Shown here one piece after another: positions 40,478-53,192 of a stretch of DNA of 64,000 nt. The notes under the pieces are model-generated. The model had not been told where the DNA came from, ran no database searches, and worked only from the letters and a program-made list of their open reading frames with translations. Each line of letters begins with the position of its first letter. Position 1 is the first letter of the stretch. The translations under genes and the position numbers were made by a program. The DNA comes from Batkoa obscura (taxonomy: Eukaryota): contig JASVEC010000012.1 in the NCBI GenBank assembly GCA_030770535.1, positions 124,001 through 188,000 of the forward strand. Reading direction: 5' to 3'.

Positions 40478-41142
40478 ATTATAAAAGCTAGTATTTAATG
40501 ATTAAAATTAAAAGCAGCTTTTATTTAATCAACTAGCTGTAAATTAAAAAGTCTTAGTTTATATAATCAAAATAAACTTAAATTAATAAAAATAGTATAT
40601 AACAAGTGTGAAATATCGCTTCATTAGCTTTATAATTGATTATAGCATAATTACTTAATTTGTTTATAAAACTAGTTGCAGTCTTGTAATCAATTTGATC
40701 GTGGTCCATGTGGTATAATCAATTCAGTTTTTTATTTTTATTTGCTGTGAGAATTTCTATCACTTAATTATAAAAAACGCTATCTTTTTATTTTGATGTC
40801 TATATTTAGCAATTATAATAAGGAATTATAACTGTTATTATGTTTTTTATATACAGCCATCTAATTAGAATATAAAATAGATTTCTTAATATAATAACTT
40901 AAGGTTTTTTAGTTAAATTATTCCTTAATATTATACTTTTTAATGAAGCTACTAAGTTTTATAATATTTTATATAAATTTTATAATTTTATTCTTTTGTT
41001 TTATATAGCTTATAGCTTATTGCATGCTATTTATATTAATTTAAGTTTATTTTGATTATATAAACTAAGGTTTTTTAACTTACAGCTACTTGACTAAGCA
41101 AAAACTGTTTTTAACTTTAATTACTGAATACCAACTTTTATA
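40478..41142. mobile_element. Two heavily AT-shifted LTR-family copies: partial + copy about 40478-40606 and full - copy 40607-41142
   Basis: Alignable to 39733-40283 with numerous C>T and G>A changes. Confidence 0.75.
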
Positions 41143-41713
41143 ACCTGAAGTTAATTAAATTTACTATATAAGTTATAATTAAATTAGTTATAAAACTGCA
41201 ATTGATTTTATTTATTTAAAATTATATAATTAAAAACTAATAAAATATCAGTTAAAATAAAATAAAATAGACTCAAATATATTAATTAAAGCTATTTAAA
41301 TTTGATCAAAAAAATATTTACTAATTATTTTAGTATGAGCATTAATATTATAATTATTTTTATTTAAAAGATTATTTAAAGGAATATTATATATTATTTT
41401 ATTATCAGTATTAATAAACTTTTCTATAATAGTTTTATTGAAATGTAAACTTAAAATATTGGCTTTTACTGGCATGATTTAATTTTTTTTTTAAATTTGC
41501 TTTGCTAGTATATTAATACTATTTAAAGTTCTAAAAAAGGTCAAAAAACATTTATGAAATAATTTTTATAAGTTTATTTATCTTTTTTTAATAGTTTTAA
41601 CCAACTACAATACTAACTGGTTACTTTATAGTATTAGACATAATTAGCTTTTTTAAGTCAATTAATTCAAATAAGTTGATTTTAATTATTACTTGTTAGC
41701 AAGCAGATAATAA

Positions 41714-43039
41714 TAGCATTTGATTTGTTAAAATTAGATTTAGTAAAAGTTAAGATCACTTATTAAAAATAAATCTTGATATTTAACAGACTAACTTAAG
41801 CTCATTGGGGAAAACCTTAGTAATGACTTATAACATGAGCCCATCACTAGTCCGGAAATAACATTCTTATCCTCCTAATATAGCTTTACTTCTACTGTAT
41901 AAATACTCTGATCAAACAACTACGAAAACACTATTTTTTTTAAAAAGTACAAAAAATGCTTACCAAATCCATCATTATCCTCACCACTCTTTTTAGTTTT
42001 ATCTATTCAACCCCATAGACCCAAGATGGTCGTATAGTTGGTGGAGTTGAAGTAAGCTCAAAATTTAATATCCACAGTTAATATCATTACAAGTGAAAGG
42101 TGTCCACAACTGCGGTGGTATTATCCTTAACAGGGACACTGTATTGACTGTTGGTCATTGTTCTGAACTTCCAGTGTCTCCATATACTATTAATGTACAT
42201 CATCACAACCTCAAATAACCCTCTAACTCTGAAGATGCACAATCTATCTTTGTTTCTAAAATCATTAATCACCTAAATTTTGATTCTTTTAATGTTACCA
42301 ATGATATTTCTATTTGGAAGCTTACTACCCCTGGTTCAGTTGGCATTAGTAGTATTGATTTAAATGATGGTCTTATGTTGAAAAGAATGGTCTTAAAGTG
42401 ATTGCTGCTGATTGGGATATCACTAAAGCTAATGGTCCTAGTTCCCTTATATCAAAGGAGGTTGGAATTCCGATTTTTGATGAGAAGGCTTGTGCTAGTT
42501 ATTGGGTCAATAATAGTTATGATACTAATGTTAATTCATAAGTATGTATTGGTACTGAGGGTGGTAAAGATGTATGTAATGGTAATTCACGAGATCCTCT
42601 TCTCATTATTGGTGCTAATGGACGTCCAGTTTTAATTGGTACTACTTCTTTTGGAGAACCTTGGCTCATAAAGGGATATCTACTGTATGGACCTGTGTCT
42701 CTACTTTCAGATCTTTTATTTCGCAGAATTCTTAGTCTAAGTAAAAACTAATTTAATATATTAGTGGGTGTTTTTTTGACTTGATCACTTTTTTCATCCT
42801 TTATAATGTCTTTAAAAAACATTGATTTAAATTTTTTATTTAAATTAGTAAACACTTATTGAAAAGATACAAAGTAAATTATGAAAATAATAAATAAACC
42901 TTTGATATAAAATTTATATAATAAGTTTAAACTAGTTTTTTTCTAATTATAAATAATCAAAAAAATAATTTTAATAAGTATTTTAACATACATATTTACA
43001 TATTCTAACAAATATTTAATTTAATGTAGTTATAATTAT
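41714..43039 (+). repeat. Left arm of a 1.3-kb inverted duplication
   Basis: Position x mirrors 88493-x; ORFs 42087-42272(-)/46221-46406(+) and 42402-42635(+)/45858-46091(-) have identical translations. Confidence 0.97.
41956..42735 (+). pseudogene. Secreted trypsin-like (S1) serine protease pseudogene
   Basis: Signal peptide, RIVGG, CGG..VLTVGHC, NDISIWKL; GDSGGP degraded to GNSRDP; in-frame stops and frameshifts. Confidence 0.9.
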
Positions 43040-43142
43040 AGATAAATTAGGTTAATTTGTTTTACAAAATACAAAATACAAAATACAATATACAAAACAA
43101 TATAAATAACATAAATAATATAAAGCACCAAATAATTTATTT

Positions 43143-44006
43143 TTAATAAAATAATATCCAAAATATCAAAATATAATTGAAATAAATAATTAACTTTAAC
43201 TTGGAATTGAATGCATTTGATGAGATCATAAATTTAGGATCTAAATTAGTTGAATCAAAAATAAACAATTGAGTAGCAGCCGTTATTAAATCGTTACAAT
43301 CATCAGAAACGCTAGTATAATCTAAACCATCTTGATGAATAAATAATCGGTATTGACCTGAATTTAATGTAAATGTACGATTCTCTCTTTCATTATAAGC
43401 TCCGATATCCCAATTATAAGTACCGTTGATTTTAGTTAAATTATCTGCTATTGGTATAACAGATATTCCATCTGTTCGTTTTTCTAATAATATATCCAAT
43501 TTAAATGATTGTTTAGGTGGTGGATCAATTGTCCATTTGATTGTTATACTACCATCAATTGGGGCTAATACCATTTTAGCTAAACTAGATTGTAATGGAG
43601 CAATAAAAAATATCCTTGATTGGGTACAATTTTTTGTATTTGAGTTGTTATCTTTGTTAGATGTATTTTTATCATTATTACCACTATTACTTTTATCTGT
43701 TGTACTAGACTGTATATTACCCTTATCTATTGTACTAGACGTTGTACTACTTTTATCGGTTTTACTAGATTGCGTATCACTCTTATCTGTTGTTTTGCTT
43801 TTATTTGTGTTACTATTATCAGTATTATCATTATCCTCCTTACTCCTTAAAAAGAACCTTGTTATGTGATTAGTAATAGGAAAATGAAAAGGCAATGCCG
43901 GTTTTTTATCATTAAATTGTAATATCCCTTTAATATTTTTAAACGAAGATAAAAAGTTGATTGCTATTATATTAGTAATGAATAATAAATAAATAAAGAA
44001 TTTCAT
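43143..44006 (-). CDS. Secreted or membrane-anchored Ser/Thr-rich cell-surface protein (287 aa)
   Basis: Signal peptide, 10-aa repeats (TDKSxTxSST; 30-bp period at about 43690-43800), beta-rich domain (ITIKW..YNWD..YRLFI) and a hydrophobic C-terminus (TM or GPI signal). Confidence 0.85.
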   Translation of the reverse strand: MKFFIYLLFITNIIAINFLSSFKNIKGILQFNDKKPALPFHFPITNHITRFFLRSKEDNDNTDNSNTNKSKTTDKSDTQSSKTDKSSTTSSTIDKGNIQSSTTDKSNSGNNDKNTSNKDNNSNTKNCTQSRIFFIAPLQSSLAKMVLAPIDGSITIKWTIDPPPKQSFKLDILLEKRTDGISVIPIADNLTKINGTYNWDIGAYNERENRTFTLNSGQYRLFIHQDGLDYTSVSDDCNDLITAATQLFIFDSTNLDPKFMISSNAFNSKLKLIIYFNYILIFWILFY

Positions 44007-44559
44007 ATTTTTTTAGAGAAAAGAAAAAATTGAATTTGAGTTTGTTTTTTTTTTCTATTTTCTATACGGAGAATTTACTGTTTGTCCGTTTTTTAGGTAT
44101 TCAAGGATTTAGTCTCCCTTATTTTCTTTAATTTTGATTAGAGTAAAATGAATTTAAAATTTTAAATCTTGATTTGGTTAAATATGAGAACATTTAAAAT
44201 TTAAAGCTTCAAAATACAATTTTTTTTCAAAAATAATATAAAATTAAAATATTTTTATAACTATTATTATTTGATTTTGATTATATTAAATAACCATAAT
44301 ACCCTATTTAAAGCTCAGTTAGATTATATAGAAAGAAACATTTAAATAATCAATTGTTTATAATTTATCGAATTTGGAATTAAATAATTAAAATGAAATT
44401 ATTTTATATAATATATTAAGTTTAGTTAACAAAAATACTCATAATAAATTCAAAAACATAAATAGAAAATCTTTTATTTAGACTTATTAATTTGAAATAT
44501 TTTTATTAATTTAACTATTCTTTAAAATATATCTTAAACTTATCATCATTACATCAAAT

Positions 44560-45250
44560 TTCAAATGGGACCTGGATATCTGAAGATATGGGACCAAGTA
44601 AAATTATAACAGCCAACTTAGCTAAAGATCATGACACTGTAACTTCTATCATATTTATACCGTTTAAGTCAAAAAGGTGAAGATAATGCTATTATGCATC
44701 CAAACTACATCAAAAATACTTCAAATGGTTTCTTTAACATTACTTGTTTGAATAGTTTAAATCTAAAAGATGGTAAAATAATTGTTGGTGGTTATTCTGC
44801 TAGTGTTCATTCAAGTGCTTTATTCGCATTAGATGCTAGTCAGTATACTAATAATAACAGTGTTAGGTCATTGAGTCAAATCAAAGGAGTGGTTTCAATT
44901 GGCAGGACCTTCGATATAGACCTATTAGCTATACAGGGTAATTCATATATTCATCAATTTGTTGAACCTGCCTTTAGTGCTAGTGAATCAGGTGCATGAA
45001 AAAGGCATTTCCAAAATACAACGTTACTTCTGATTCATTGAACAAGATCAGTTATGCTTCGCTACCAAAGTATTTATTAATTGATTCTACTGAGGATATT
45101 CATGTTAAGTCATAATAAACAACTCAATTTGCTAAATATTTACATGATATTAGATTGACCCAAATTAATGTTATCTAAGGTCAATTTGGCAAACATGATC
45201 AAATTCCTACTTATGCTGAAGTACAAAATAATATCACTAAATTTAATTTA
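44560..45250 (+). pseudogene. Alpha/beta-hydrolase (esterase/kynurenine formamidase-like) pseudogene
   Basis: YRLS..HP, IIVGGYSAS (decayed GHSAG elbow), IKGVVSIG.TFDI, VFLIDST.D; stops and frameshifts. Boundaries approximate. Confidence 0.6.
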
Positions 45251-45344
45251 AATGAAATAAAATTAAGATAGAACTCGAGTGTTGCTATTCTTTAATTTTA
45301 TGCTTCATTAAGTCTATATACTCATAAAATCCCACGATTTATAT

Positions 45345-45442
45345 AAAGGTGTTTTTTTTAGTTTCATTACTTTCTCCATTTTTAAGCGTTATTTGAGCCG
45401 AAAAATTGTTAGTAAAATCCTTAAATCCTTAAATACATCCTC
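45345..45442 (-). mobile_element. MITE family A copy
   Basis: Consensus core; ATAT/ATAT flanks. Confidence 0.8.
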
Positions 45443-45453
45443 ATATGTTAAAA

Positions 45454-46779
45454 ATAATTATAGCTACATTAAATTAAATCTTTGTTAGAATATGTAAATA
45501 TGTATGTTAAAATACTTATTAAAATTATTTTTTTGATTATTTATAATTAGAAAAAAACTAGTTTAAACTTATTATATAAATTTTATATCAAAGGTTTATT
45601 TATTATTTTCATAATTTACTTTGTATCTTTTCAATAAGTGTTTACTAATTTAAATAAAAAATTTAAATCAATGTTTTTTAAAGACATTATAAAGGATGAA
45701 AAAAGTGATCAAGTCAAAAAAACACCCACTAATATATTAAATTAGTTTTTACTTAGACTAAGAATTCTGCGAAATAAAAGATCTGAAAGTAGAGACACAG
45801 GTCCATACAGTAGATATCCCTTTATGAGCCAAGGTTCTCCAAAAGAAGTAGTACCAATTAAAACTGGACGTCCATTAGCACCAATAATGAGAAGAGGATC
45901 TCGTGAATTACCATTACATACATCTTTACCACCCTCAGTACCAATACATACTTATGAATTAACATTAGTATCATAACTATTATTGACCCAATAACTAGCA
46001 CAAGCCTTCTCATCAAAAATCGGAATTCCAACCTCCTTTGATATAAGGGAACTAGGACCATTAGCTTTAGTGATATCCCAATCAGCAGCAATCACTTTAA
46101 GACCATTCTTTTCAACATAAGACCATCATTTAAATCAATACTACTAATGCCAACTGAACCAGGGGTAGTAAGCTTCCAAATAGAAATATCATTGGTAACA
46201 TTAAAAGAATCAAAATTTAGGTGATTAATGATTTTAGAAACAAAGATAGATTGTGCATCTTCAGAGTTAGAGGGTTATTTGAGGTTGTGATGATGTACAT
46301 TAATAGTATATGGAGACACTGGAAGTTCAGAACAATGACCAACAGTCAATACAGTGTCCCTGTTAAGGATAATACCACCGCAGTTGTGGACACCTTTCAC
46401 TTGTAATGATATTAACTGTGGATATTAAATTTTGAGCTTACTTCAACTCCACCAACTATACGACCATCTTGGGTCTATGGGGTTGAATAGATAAAACTAA
46501 AAAGAGTGGTGAGGATAATGATGGATTTGGTAAGCATTTTTTGTACTTTTTAAAAAAAATAGTGTTTTCGTAGTTGTTTGATCAGAGTATTTATACAGTA
46601 GAAGTAAAGCTATATTAGGAGGATAAGAATGTTATTTCCGGACTAGTGATGGGCTCATGTTATAAGTCATTACTAAGGTTTTCCCCAATGAGCTTAAGTT
46701 AGTCTGTTAAATATCAAGATTTATTTTTAATAAGTGATCTTAACTTTTACTAAATCTAATTTTAACAAATCAAATGCTA
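45454..46779 (-). repeat. Right arm of the inverted duplication
   Basis: Reverse complement of 41714-43039. Confidence 0.97.
45758..46537 (-). pseudogene. Second copy of the trypsin pseudogene
   Basis: Mirror of 41956-42735 carrying the same lesions. Confidence 0.9.
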
Positions 46780-47649
46780 CTATCACCTGTTTGTTAATTA
46801 CTCATTTTACTGCTATATATAACAAGTCAAGCTATTTTTGGTTCAAAATAGAACTCTTATGTTTTAATTTATTACTAAATTATTTATGTAAGAATTCTAA
46901 TGGCTTAGGGGATAAGTGTCATTTGTATAAAGTTGAAATCAAATGTAAGAGAATAGTTTAGAAGATTCGATTTTGAAATTCAATAAAATAAATAGCAATA
47001 ATATCCATTAATAATTTAAATGTTCATTCCAGAATAAATGAAACTAGCTCTAGATAAGTAATATGAAAGAATAGGTATTTATTTTTGTATTTTTATATAA
47101 AAAAGTATACTTGATATGTAATTTAGTTTAAACTGCTATTTTAATCAAAGTTGGTTTAAAGTCATTAAACAATAACTATGAATATTTTAATAAAATAACA
47201 TTAAAAGTGCTTAAAAATTATTTAACCTATAAAACAATACTTGATTAGTTTAGATTTACAATTGTAGTAAAAAACATTTATTAAGATAATATGACTTTGA
47301 CTGTGTTTGGGTTATATTCTTACAAATGGGTATATTATTATTCTGATTAATGGCATATAAAACATCTTTATTTAATATAAAGAGCATATGACTTTTATTT
47401 TTATAAATGTAATGAAATTTGTTTTGACATTAAAGTTATGAAATAAGACTGGTACAAAACTTTAGTCTCATTTGATCCTTTAATAACAAAATAGTACCAG
47501 CTTTACTTTCGTCGTTTACATGCTTTTTCCGCTTCATTTTACTCTTGTTTTCTCTTTGTTTGTCTAGTTTTATGTTTCTTTTCTTTATTAGACTTAGCAG
47601 TTCTTTCTCTAGATCTTATAATTTATGAAGCACAATAAGAGTGAAAAAC

Positions 47650-48420
47650 CTTTTTCTCAGTTATCTATCCAATAGCTTGATGAAGTAGAAGAGCATTCTA
47701 TTTCATGCGTATGTATACAATATTTTTCATTTTCGGATCCATAACCATCCACACTTTCTTTCAACCTTTTGATAAAATATATTTATAAAACTTTTAGCAA
47801 AGTCTGAATATAATAAAAAACATAAACATTTTGAATACAAATACTTTACCATCTAAAAATTATTGTCAACAATGTTTTTTAGGATCGTTGTCATTGTTTA
47901 CCTATCATTATCGCCTCTAATTTTTCTAAAACAACCGTTCAAGTTAAATTATGTCTATAATATGCTTCCGAATCAATAGTTTAATCTTCGATGGTTTAAT
48001 ACATTAAAGCACAGGAAGTTATAGTAGTTTTTATAATTCACTTGAAGTTCCACTTTATAGTATAAGCCTATAAGGCTCTTGCCCTCATCATAACTATTTA
48101 AGTTTAATAAAAATATCAAGCGCAAAGGCATTAATAGGATTAATATGATATAATTTTTCAGATAGGTTACTTGATAAATTTACTACTTCCAAGGTCTACA
48201 AGATCTTGACGCTTTTCAATTGTGGTGAATTGCCCCTTTAGGTTTCTGAAGATGGCTTTGATGTTATCAGTAAAATGAATATTGTCATAATCTAAATTGT
48301 AAATATTTTGAAACTGAAGACACAACAAACCCCGTTTTATAAGATTTGAGCTTCTACCAAACCTATCTGTAGTTTCCTTTGCATCAATTTCTAACATATC
48401 GTTTGGCTGTTATTGTATCA
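47650..48420 (-). CDS. Possible multi-exon hypothetical gene divergent from SMC6
   Basis: 76-aa ORF 48167-48397 ends near a GT donor and further short exon-like frames follow; the model is unresolved. Confidence 0.3.
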
Positions 48421-48588
48421 CTAAAAGTCATTTCCTTAGAGATTGTAGTAGCAAAAAATGTGATCATCAAATTATTGCCTAGAATTACTTATAATGCCGA
48501 ATTTATGTAATCGGAGCAAAAAATATCCCTATATGGTCAAAAGTTAAAATTGGCAAATTAGAGTTATTGCTTTTTTAATTTTATTCGA

Positions 48589-51500
48589 ATGAAGAAAAGA
48601 GTATTATCTGATGATGAAAGCCAAGGCTCCATCGAAAGTGAAGAAGCCCAAAAGGCATCTACTACAAATGTAATCAATTCTGAATTTCTTGATAAATTAG
48701 CTATTTATAAGTAAAAAATTGTTTTATAAATTAAAGACAATTTGACATTGTAATGAATGTATGTATTAATTTACTTTCAATAGGACAAAAAAAGAAGCAG
48801 AGGCAATGAAATAGATGAAGAACGTCCAGGAAAGATACTATCTATTACATTGAATAACTTCATGTGTCACGAACATTACCAAGTAAAACTTGGGCCCTAT
48901 GTCAATTTTATAACTGGTAGTAATGGAAGTAATATAACTCATTAACAATGGTTAAATACCAATAATAATAATAAAAATAATGCTTTAGGTGGAAAAAGTG
49001 CTATTTTGACTGCTTTAATTATATGCCTTGGTTCAAGAGTTGGCTTTACCCAAAGGGCAACTAATTTAAGAGCTTTGATTAAAGAAGGACAAAAGTAAAT
49101 TACTTACTAATATCTTGTTTTAAATTGATGTCTTTCAAGTACTGCTTTAATAACTGTAGTCATATCAAATAATGGCTCTGGGGCTTATAAACCAGAAATA
49201 TATGGGGATATAATAATAGTCGAAAGGAGAATAAGCAGAGAAGGCGTTGGTAGCGTCTACAAAATAAAAAATAGTCAAGATAAAGTAGTCAGCAATAAAA
49301 AGGAAGAACTTAGTGCCATATGCGATCATTTGAAAATTCAAGCTGATAACCCTATCATTATTTTGTCTCAAGAAAATGCCAAAAAGTTTATTGGAAATAC
49401 TACTTCAAATGATAAATATAAGGTTTTTCATTTTACTCTGTTTGATATTCAGTTATTTAATATCTAATTATTACCAGATGTTTTTAAAAGGAACGAACTT
49501 AAGCCAATTGGCAGAGGATCTTTTAATGATTACAGATGCTACCAGAACTACAGAAAAAATCATTAAAGAAAAAGTGGAAGTAGAAATATTACATAGTAGA
49601 TGATTAAATAAATAATAAATTTAATATTCTAGGAATTACCGGGCATTAAAGAAGATTTCTTGCAAGCTGAAGCCAAATATAAAAGTTTAGAAAAAGCCCA
49701 TGAACTTCATTATGGTATTAAAGAATTGAAGAAGGAAATGGCTTGGTCACAAGTTGTTGAGTTTGAAAAAGTAAGTCAATTTATATACAATTACTGCTGT
49801 TTTATTGACATTGTATAAAGAAAGAAAAGGCATTGATTACTAAAGAAGAGGAAGAAAAAAAAAGAGTAGATTTAGTTCATAACAAAATTAACCAAAGAAA
49901 AGTAGAATTAGAAGATGTACAAGATTGTTTGAAACAAATTGAAGAGGAAGCTAAAAAACATGGTGAGAAAGAAACTGAATTGACCGAGAAAAAGAATGTA
50001 GTTAGACAAAGAAGTGAACAATCAAAAGCTAGCTTTGACGATGCTGAAGTAATATTTTATTTTTATATGAAAAAAAAATATAACAATTCATTTACTTAAA
50101 TTAGAAAACTATAGAAGAAATAGTTTCAACAATAAAAAAAAATAAGCTTGAAATCGCAGATCTTAAGAATAAAATACAAGCTGAAAACGATAAGCTAAAT
50201 CATGGAGATAGGTAAATACTATAAATATATAGTAAACTATTAATATTGGCTTATGGTAGTAAGAAGAAAGAAATTGCACAGAAAATCGAAAACATAGATT
50301 CAAAATTAAAAGAATTCGAGCAAAAAATTATTGATGTAAGTGTGATTAATTTATTATTATATTATATTATAACATATATTAGAATGAGGACAAAATCAAT
50401 CATAATGAAATGGAGCATGAGGCTAAATTGAGAGAAATTGCACAAATAGAACAGAAGATAAAGGAAATCGACCCAAAATTATACCAGTATAAAGAGAATC
50501 TCCATAAATATAATTCTATCAAAGCAAATAGCTTAAGTGTGTTTGGTTCTAATATACCTGGTGTATTGGATGATATTAGCAGGGAGCGTAGATTTACAGT
50601 TAAACCTATAGGTCCGATTGGACGATATGTTAAAATTAAACATCCCAAGTGGACCAAGGTAGTTGAATCAGTTGTTGGGTCTTTTTTGGATGCTTTTATG
50701 GTTACAAATCATAATGATCATAAATTGTTAGAGAATATATTAAGTGCTAGAAGATGGTAATTATTACGAAATAATACCTATATCATTTTAATTTTTAATT
50801 TAGTCAGAATCGTATATTTGTGTCTTCATTGGATCAATTTGATTATTCAGTAGGAGAGCCAGATAGAAACTATTTAACTATATTGAGAGCACTAGAGGTG
50901 AATACATAATGGATATACAATTAATATATTAAAATGGCTAAAATTGATTTTAGTTTTCAGATGAAATTGTGAAAAGGCAGCTGATTGTTTCTAATAAAAT
51001 AGAAAAAATTATTTTAATTGAAGACCGTAAAACAGCTGATGAAGTTATGTACCGACCACCTCATAATGTTGCCTCTTGCTTTACCGTCGATGGCTTTCAA
51101 GTTGGTACCAAGTAATTCTTTTCAAGTTCAAATAAAAATTGCTCATTATTTTGTATAGAGGCGGAGGTTATCAAACAATAGCAGTAAATCTATATAATGG
51201 GCCATCAAGATTAAGTCAAGGTAATGAAGCGGCATCCCAAAAGTTGAAAGACGCAATCAACCAGTTGCAACAAGAGTTGAACGAGCAAATTAAAATATTA
51301 AAGGATTACCAGAATGAAGAAAGAGGTTTGGACAAAGCAATTAGAGAATACAAGGTAATAATTAATTTAAAATAGGGAAATAATTTACTAATTATTAGAA
51401 TAACAATATAACCATCAAAGGCAATATTCGTCAATGGAAAGTTAGGAAAGAGGATTTAGAGCAAGAGTTGGCAGTATGCTTAATTAGTTGATTGATTTCT

Positions 51501-53007
51501 AAAGTGAATTTATGCTTTTTATATAGGCAGAAGAAACAGCTAATATCGGAGTATTGCAAGAATCTCTTGAAGTAATTTGATATTTTTAAATAGAATCTAG
51601 TTAACATTAAATTTTAGGAGAGTAATAGTAGACGAGATATATTTAAAAACCAATTCAAAGCAGCAGTTGAATCGCATAGAATAGCTAAACTTGAAAAGGA
51701 TAGTTGTGCCGAAGAATTTGAAAAGGTTAGAACAGAGATTCTAGCATTCAAAAAAGGCAAACATTCAATTGAAGTAAATTGTAATTTATAAGTTTGTTGT
51801 CTTTGCTAATGTTTTTAATAGGAAAGGAAAAATAAAGAAATTGAGAATATTGAAAAAATAAAATTTAGGATTGAGCATTACAATGCAAAGTTGAATGAAC
51901 TCAATACTAATCTAGATCGCATCCAAGTCGACCGTAATAATAATCAAGAAGAGTTGGAGGTAGGCTTTTATTAATAATAATATATGATTATTTAGTGTTC
52001 AAATCCTATAATAAAATAGAAAAGAATGAAAACGGCCTTGATTTATTGCCCACAAAGAGTAAAAGTAACACAAACCCCAGAGGTTTTAGACAAAGAAATT
52101 CAAAAACTTGAGCAACAATTGGAAAGGGCGCAGAATGTGTAATTGAATATTTATTTGTTAAAGACCATAAAATAATATATTTAATTAGTGTTGGTAAAAG
52201 CTTACAAGAATGTCTTACTGAATATGAAGATAAGAAACTTCGATACAAAAAAGCAAAAAGCGAAACAAACAGTATGCAGAATTTTATTGAGGTAAAAATG
52301 TTAAAGTTAAAGTTAAAGAAAGAGATAATTTATGTTTTATTAAACAGGAACTTCATAATGCATTGCAAGTACGTAGAGATAAATGGGAATTTTTTAGGCA
52401 ATCAATCAGTAAAAGAATACGCTCTTTATTTGTATATCAACTTTCCCATCGTGGGTTTTCTGGAAAATTAGAAATTGACCATGCTAACGAAAAATTAATT
52501 CCACATGTATTAATATTATTGTTGTTATTGACTTATCATACTAATAATTCTTAGGTTCAAGTTAATAAAGGTGATCGAGCAGCTTTGACTTCTAGTAATG
52601 ATCCTAAATCCTTATCTGGTGGTGAGAAATCATATTCTACCATCTGCTTATTACTTTCCTTTTGGGAAGCTATTGAATGCCCTATTAGATGGTATTTAAT
52701 CTTATAAATAGTTAACTCATCGATTTACTTGTTTACTTAGCTTGGATGAATTCGATGTGTTTATGGATGACGCTAATAGGAAAATTTCAGCCGAATTACT
52801 CATCAATTCAGCTAGAATGTCCAAAGGAGTACAGCATATTTTGATTACCCCTCAATCTATTAAGTAAATTTCATTCAATTATTTAAAAACTTAAATTAAT
52901 TTTCTAGTGATATTGTATATATGGCGGGTCCGGATACTAAGTTTATTAGGCTCAACGAACCCGATAGGGACCCTAAACAAACAACTCTTAAACCAGTAAG
53001 ATATTAA
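48589..53007 (+). CDS. SMC6: Structural maintenance of chromosomes protein 6
   Basis: NFMCH, Walker A GSNGSGKS, coiled coils, hinge PIGPIG, signature LSGGEKSYST, Walker B CLDEFDVFMD, ILITPQ; about 20 short introns. Confidence 0.95.
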
Positions 53008-53192
53008 ACATAATATGCTATTACTTTTACAATAAATTGTATCTTATCTAAATATGGTTTTGAAAAGTTATTTTAAATTATATCGTTGTACTTTTACAAA
53101 GTTTGAAATAGCTTATTACAAATAAATTTCGAGTTTTTATTATAATTAAAATTGAGATGAATTAAAAATTAAAAGGAGAGAAAAATTGATTA

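Noticed and set aside
42087..46406. Duplicated 61-aa and 77-aa ORFs as a novel gene pair
   Set aside because: They are antisense or off-frame readings of the duplicated trypsin pseudogene.
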